Source: the human T2T-CHM13v2.0 reference genome, Homo sapiens. From it: a stretch of 64,000 bases of DNA. The position numbers and the translations under genes were made by a program. Below the pieces are notes generated by a model that was not told the origin of the DNA, did not search any database, and worked only from the letters and a program-made list of their open reading frames with translations. This document shows positions 62,798 to 64,000 of this stretch, piece by piece (position 1 is the stretch's first letter; each line of letters begins with the position of its first letter). The DNA lies in assembly GCF_009914755.1 (NCBI RefSeq), contig NC_060947.1. The stretch is one strand, 5' to 3'.

Positions 62798-63122
62798 CTT
62801 TTCTTCTTTTTCTTCTTTTTTATAGAGACAGGGTCTCATTCTGTCACCCAGACTGTAATGCAGTGGTGTGATCACAGTTCACAGCAACCTCAGCCTCCCA
62901 GGCTCAAGCGACCCTCCCACCTCAGTCTCCCTCCCAAGTACCTGTGACCACAGGTGGGCACCACCACACCGGGCTTTTTTTTTTTTTTTTTTTTTTGACT
63001 TTTAGTAGAGGCAGGGTCTCACTAAGTTTCCCAGGCTGGTCTTGAACTCCTGAGCTCAATCGATCCTCCTGCCTCAGTCTCCCAAAGTGTGGGATCGCAG
63101 GCACGAACCACTGCACCTGGCC
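62798..63122 (-). mobile_element. Alu (AluJ-like)
   Basis: Full dimer with expanded middle T tract. Confidence 0.9.
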
Positions 63123-63529
63123 ATCATTTTTTTTACTTGCTTTCTTCTTACGTGCCTAAAGTTTCCTGTCTTTTACCTGCATCATATCTCAACTCACTTA
63201 AACAAAAGTCTTCTTTCTTCTTGTGTAATTCTCAAACATTTACCAAAGCAGCTGCTCTCTACATCTGTCATCTCGGGACTTTCAAGCGAGTGCGGGTAAT
63301 GGGTGATGACTAGAACACAGTGCTGAGTTATCAAAGCCTGCGCAGGATGCTCAGAAGCTAGAAGAGCTGGAAGAGTGAATGCAATCAAGTTCTGGAGGGA
63401 GAGCTGAGGATCAATAATGAGAAGTGACTGTATGTACACAGCATCATGGAATGGAACTGGTGACATTACCAGCTACAGAGCCAAGAATGCAGAACCAAGT
63501 GGAAATTGGGTAAATGTAGAACTTGATTA

Positions 63530-63845
<316 letters not shown>

Positions 63846-64000
63846 CTACACATCCTGTTGGGGGCGTGGCCCATCTTTACTAGTCAGAAGAAGCTGGGTG
63901 CCTGGCTGTCAGACTGCTTAAAGGTAACTGATTGAGGTGGTTCTCTACTCTGAGCTGATTCCTGTTAGTTGTTGCACTGTGAAGGCCCAATACTGGCTTG

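Overview
Primate (almost certainly human) genomic DNA containing the 5' end of glypican-4 (GPC4, Xq26) on the minus strand. A CpG island (~50.3-53.0 kb) holds the promoter, an AUG-free leader and coding exon 1 (51567-51726, [54 protein letters not shown]). Positions 1-51566 are part of intron 1 (exon 2 is not in the window); the rest is upstream intergenic DNA. Most of the window is interspersed repeat: about 40 Alu elements or fragments, old L1M, L2 and MIR pieces, a MaLR LTR, a hAT MITE and three ERV1-type solo LTRs. I found no evidence for a new protein-coding system, and nearly all other ORFs are Alu- or GC-content artefacts. The best leads are regulatory or structural: (i) three solo LTRs that each carry CCAAT arrays plus an octamer, two of them same-family direct repeats bracketing exon 1; (ii) an Oct/Sox-TCF-homeobox cluster at the start of intron 1; (iii) a duplicated initiator-like 13-mer in the promoter; (iv) a sense-oriented LTR poly(A) signal in the intron; (v) a locally templated insertion in an L1; (vi) unusual Alu architectures. 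Repeat family names are from recalled consensus sequences, and repeat boundaries are approximate.
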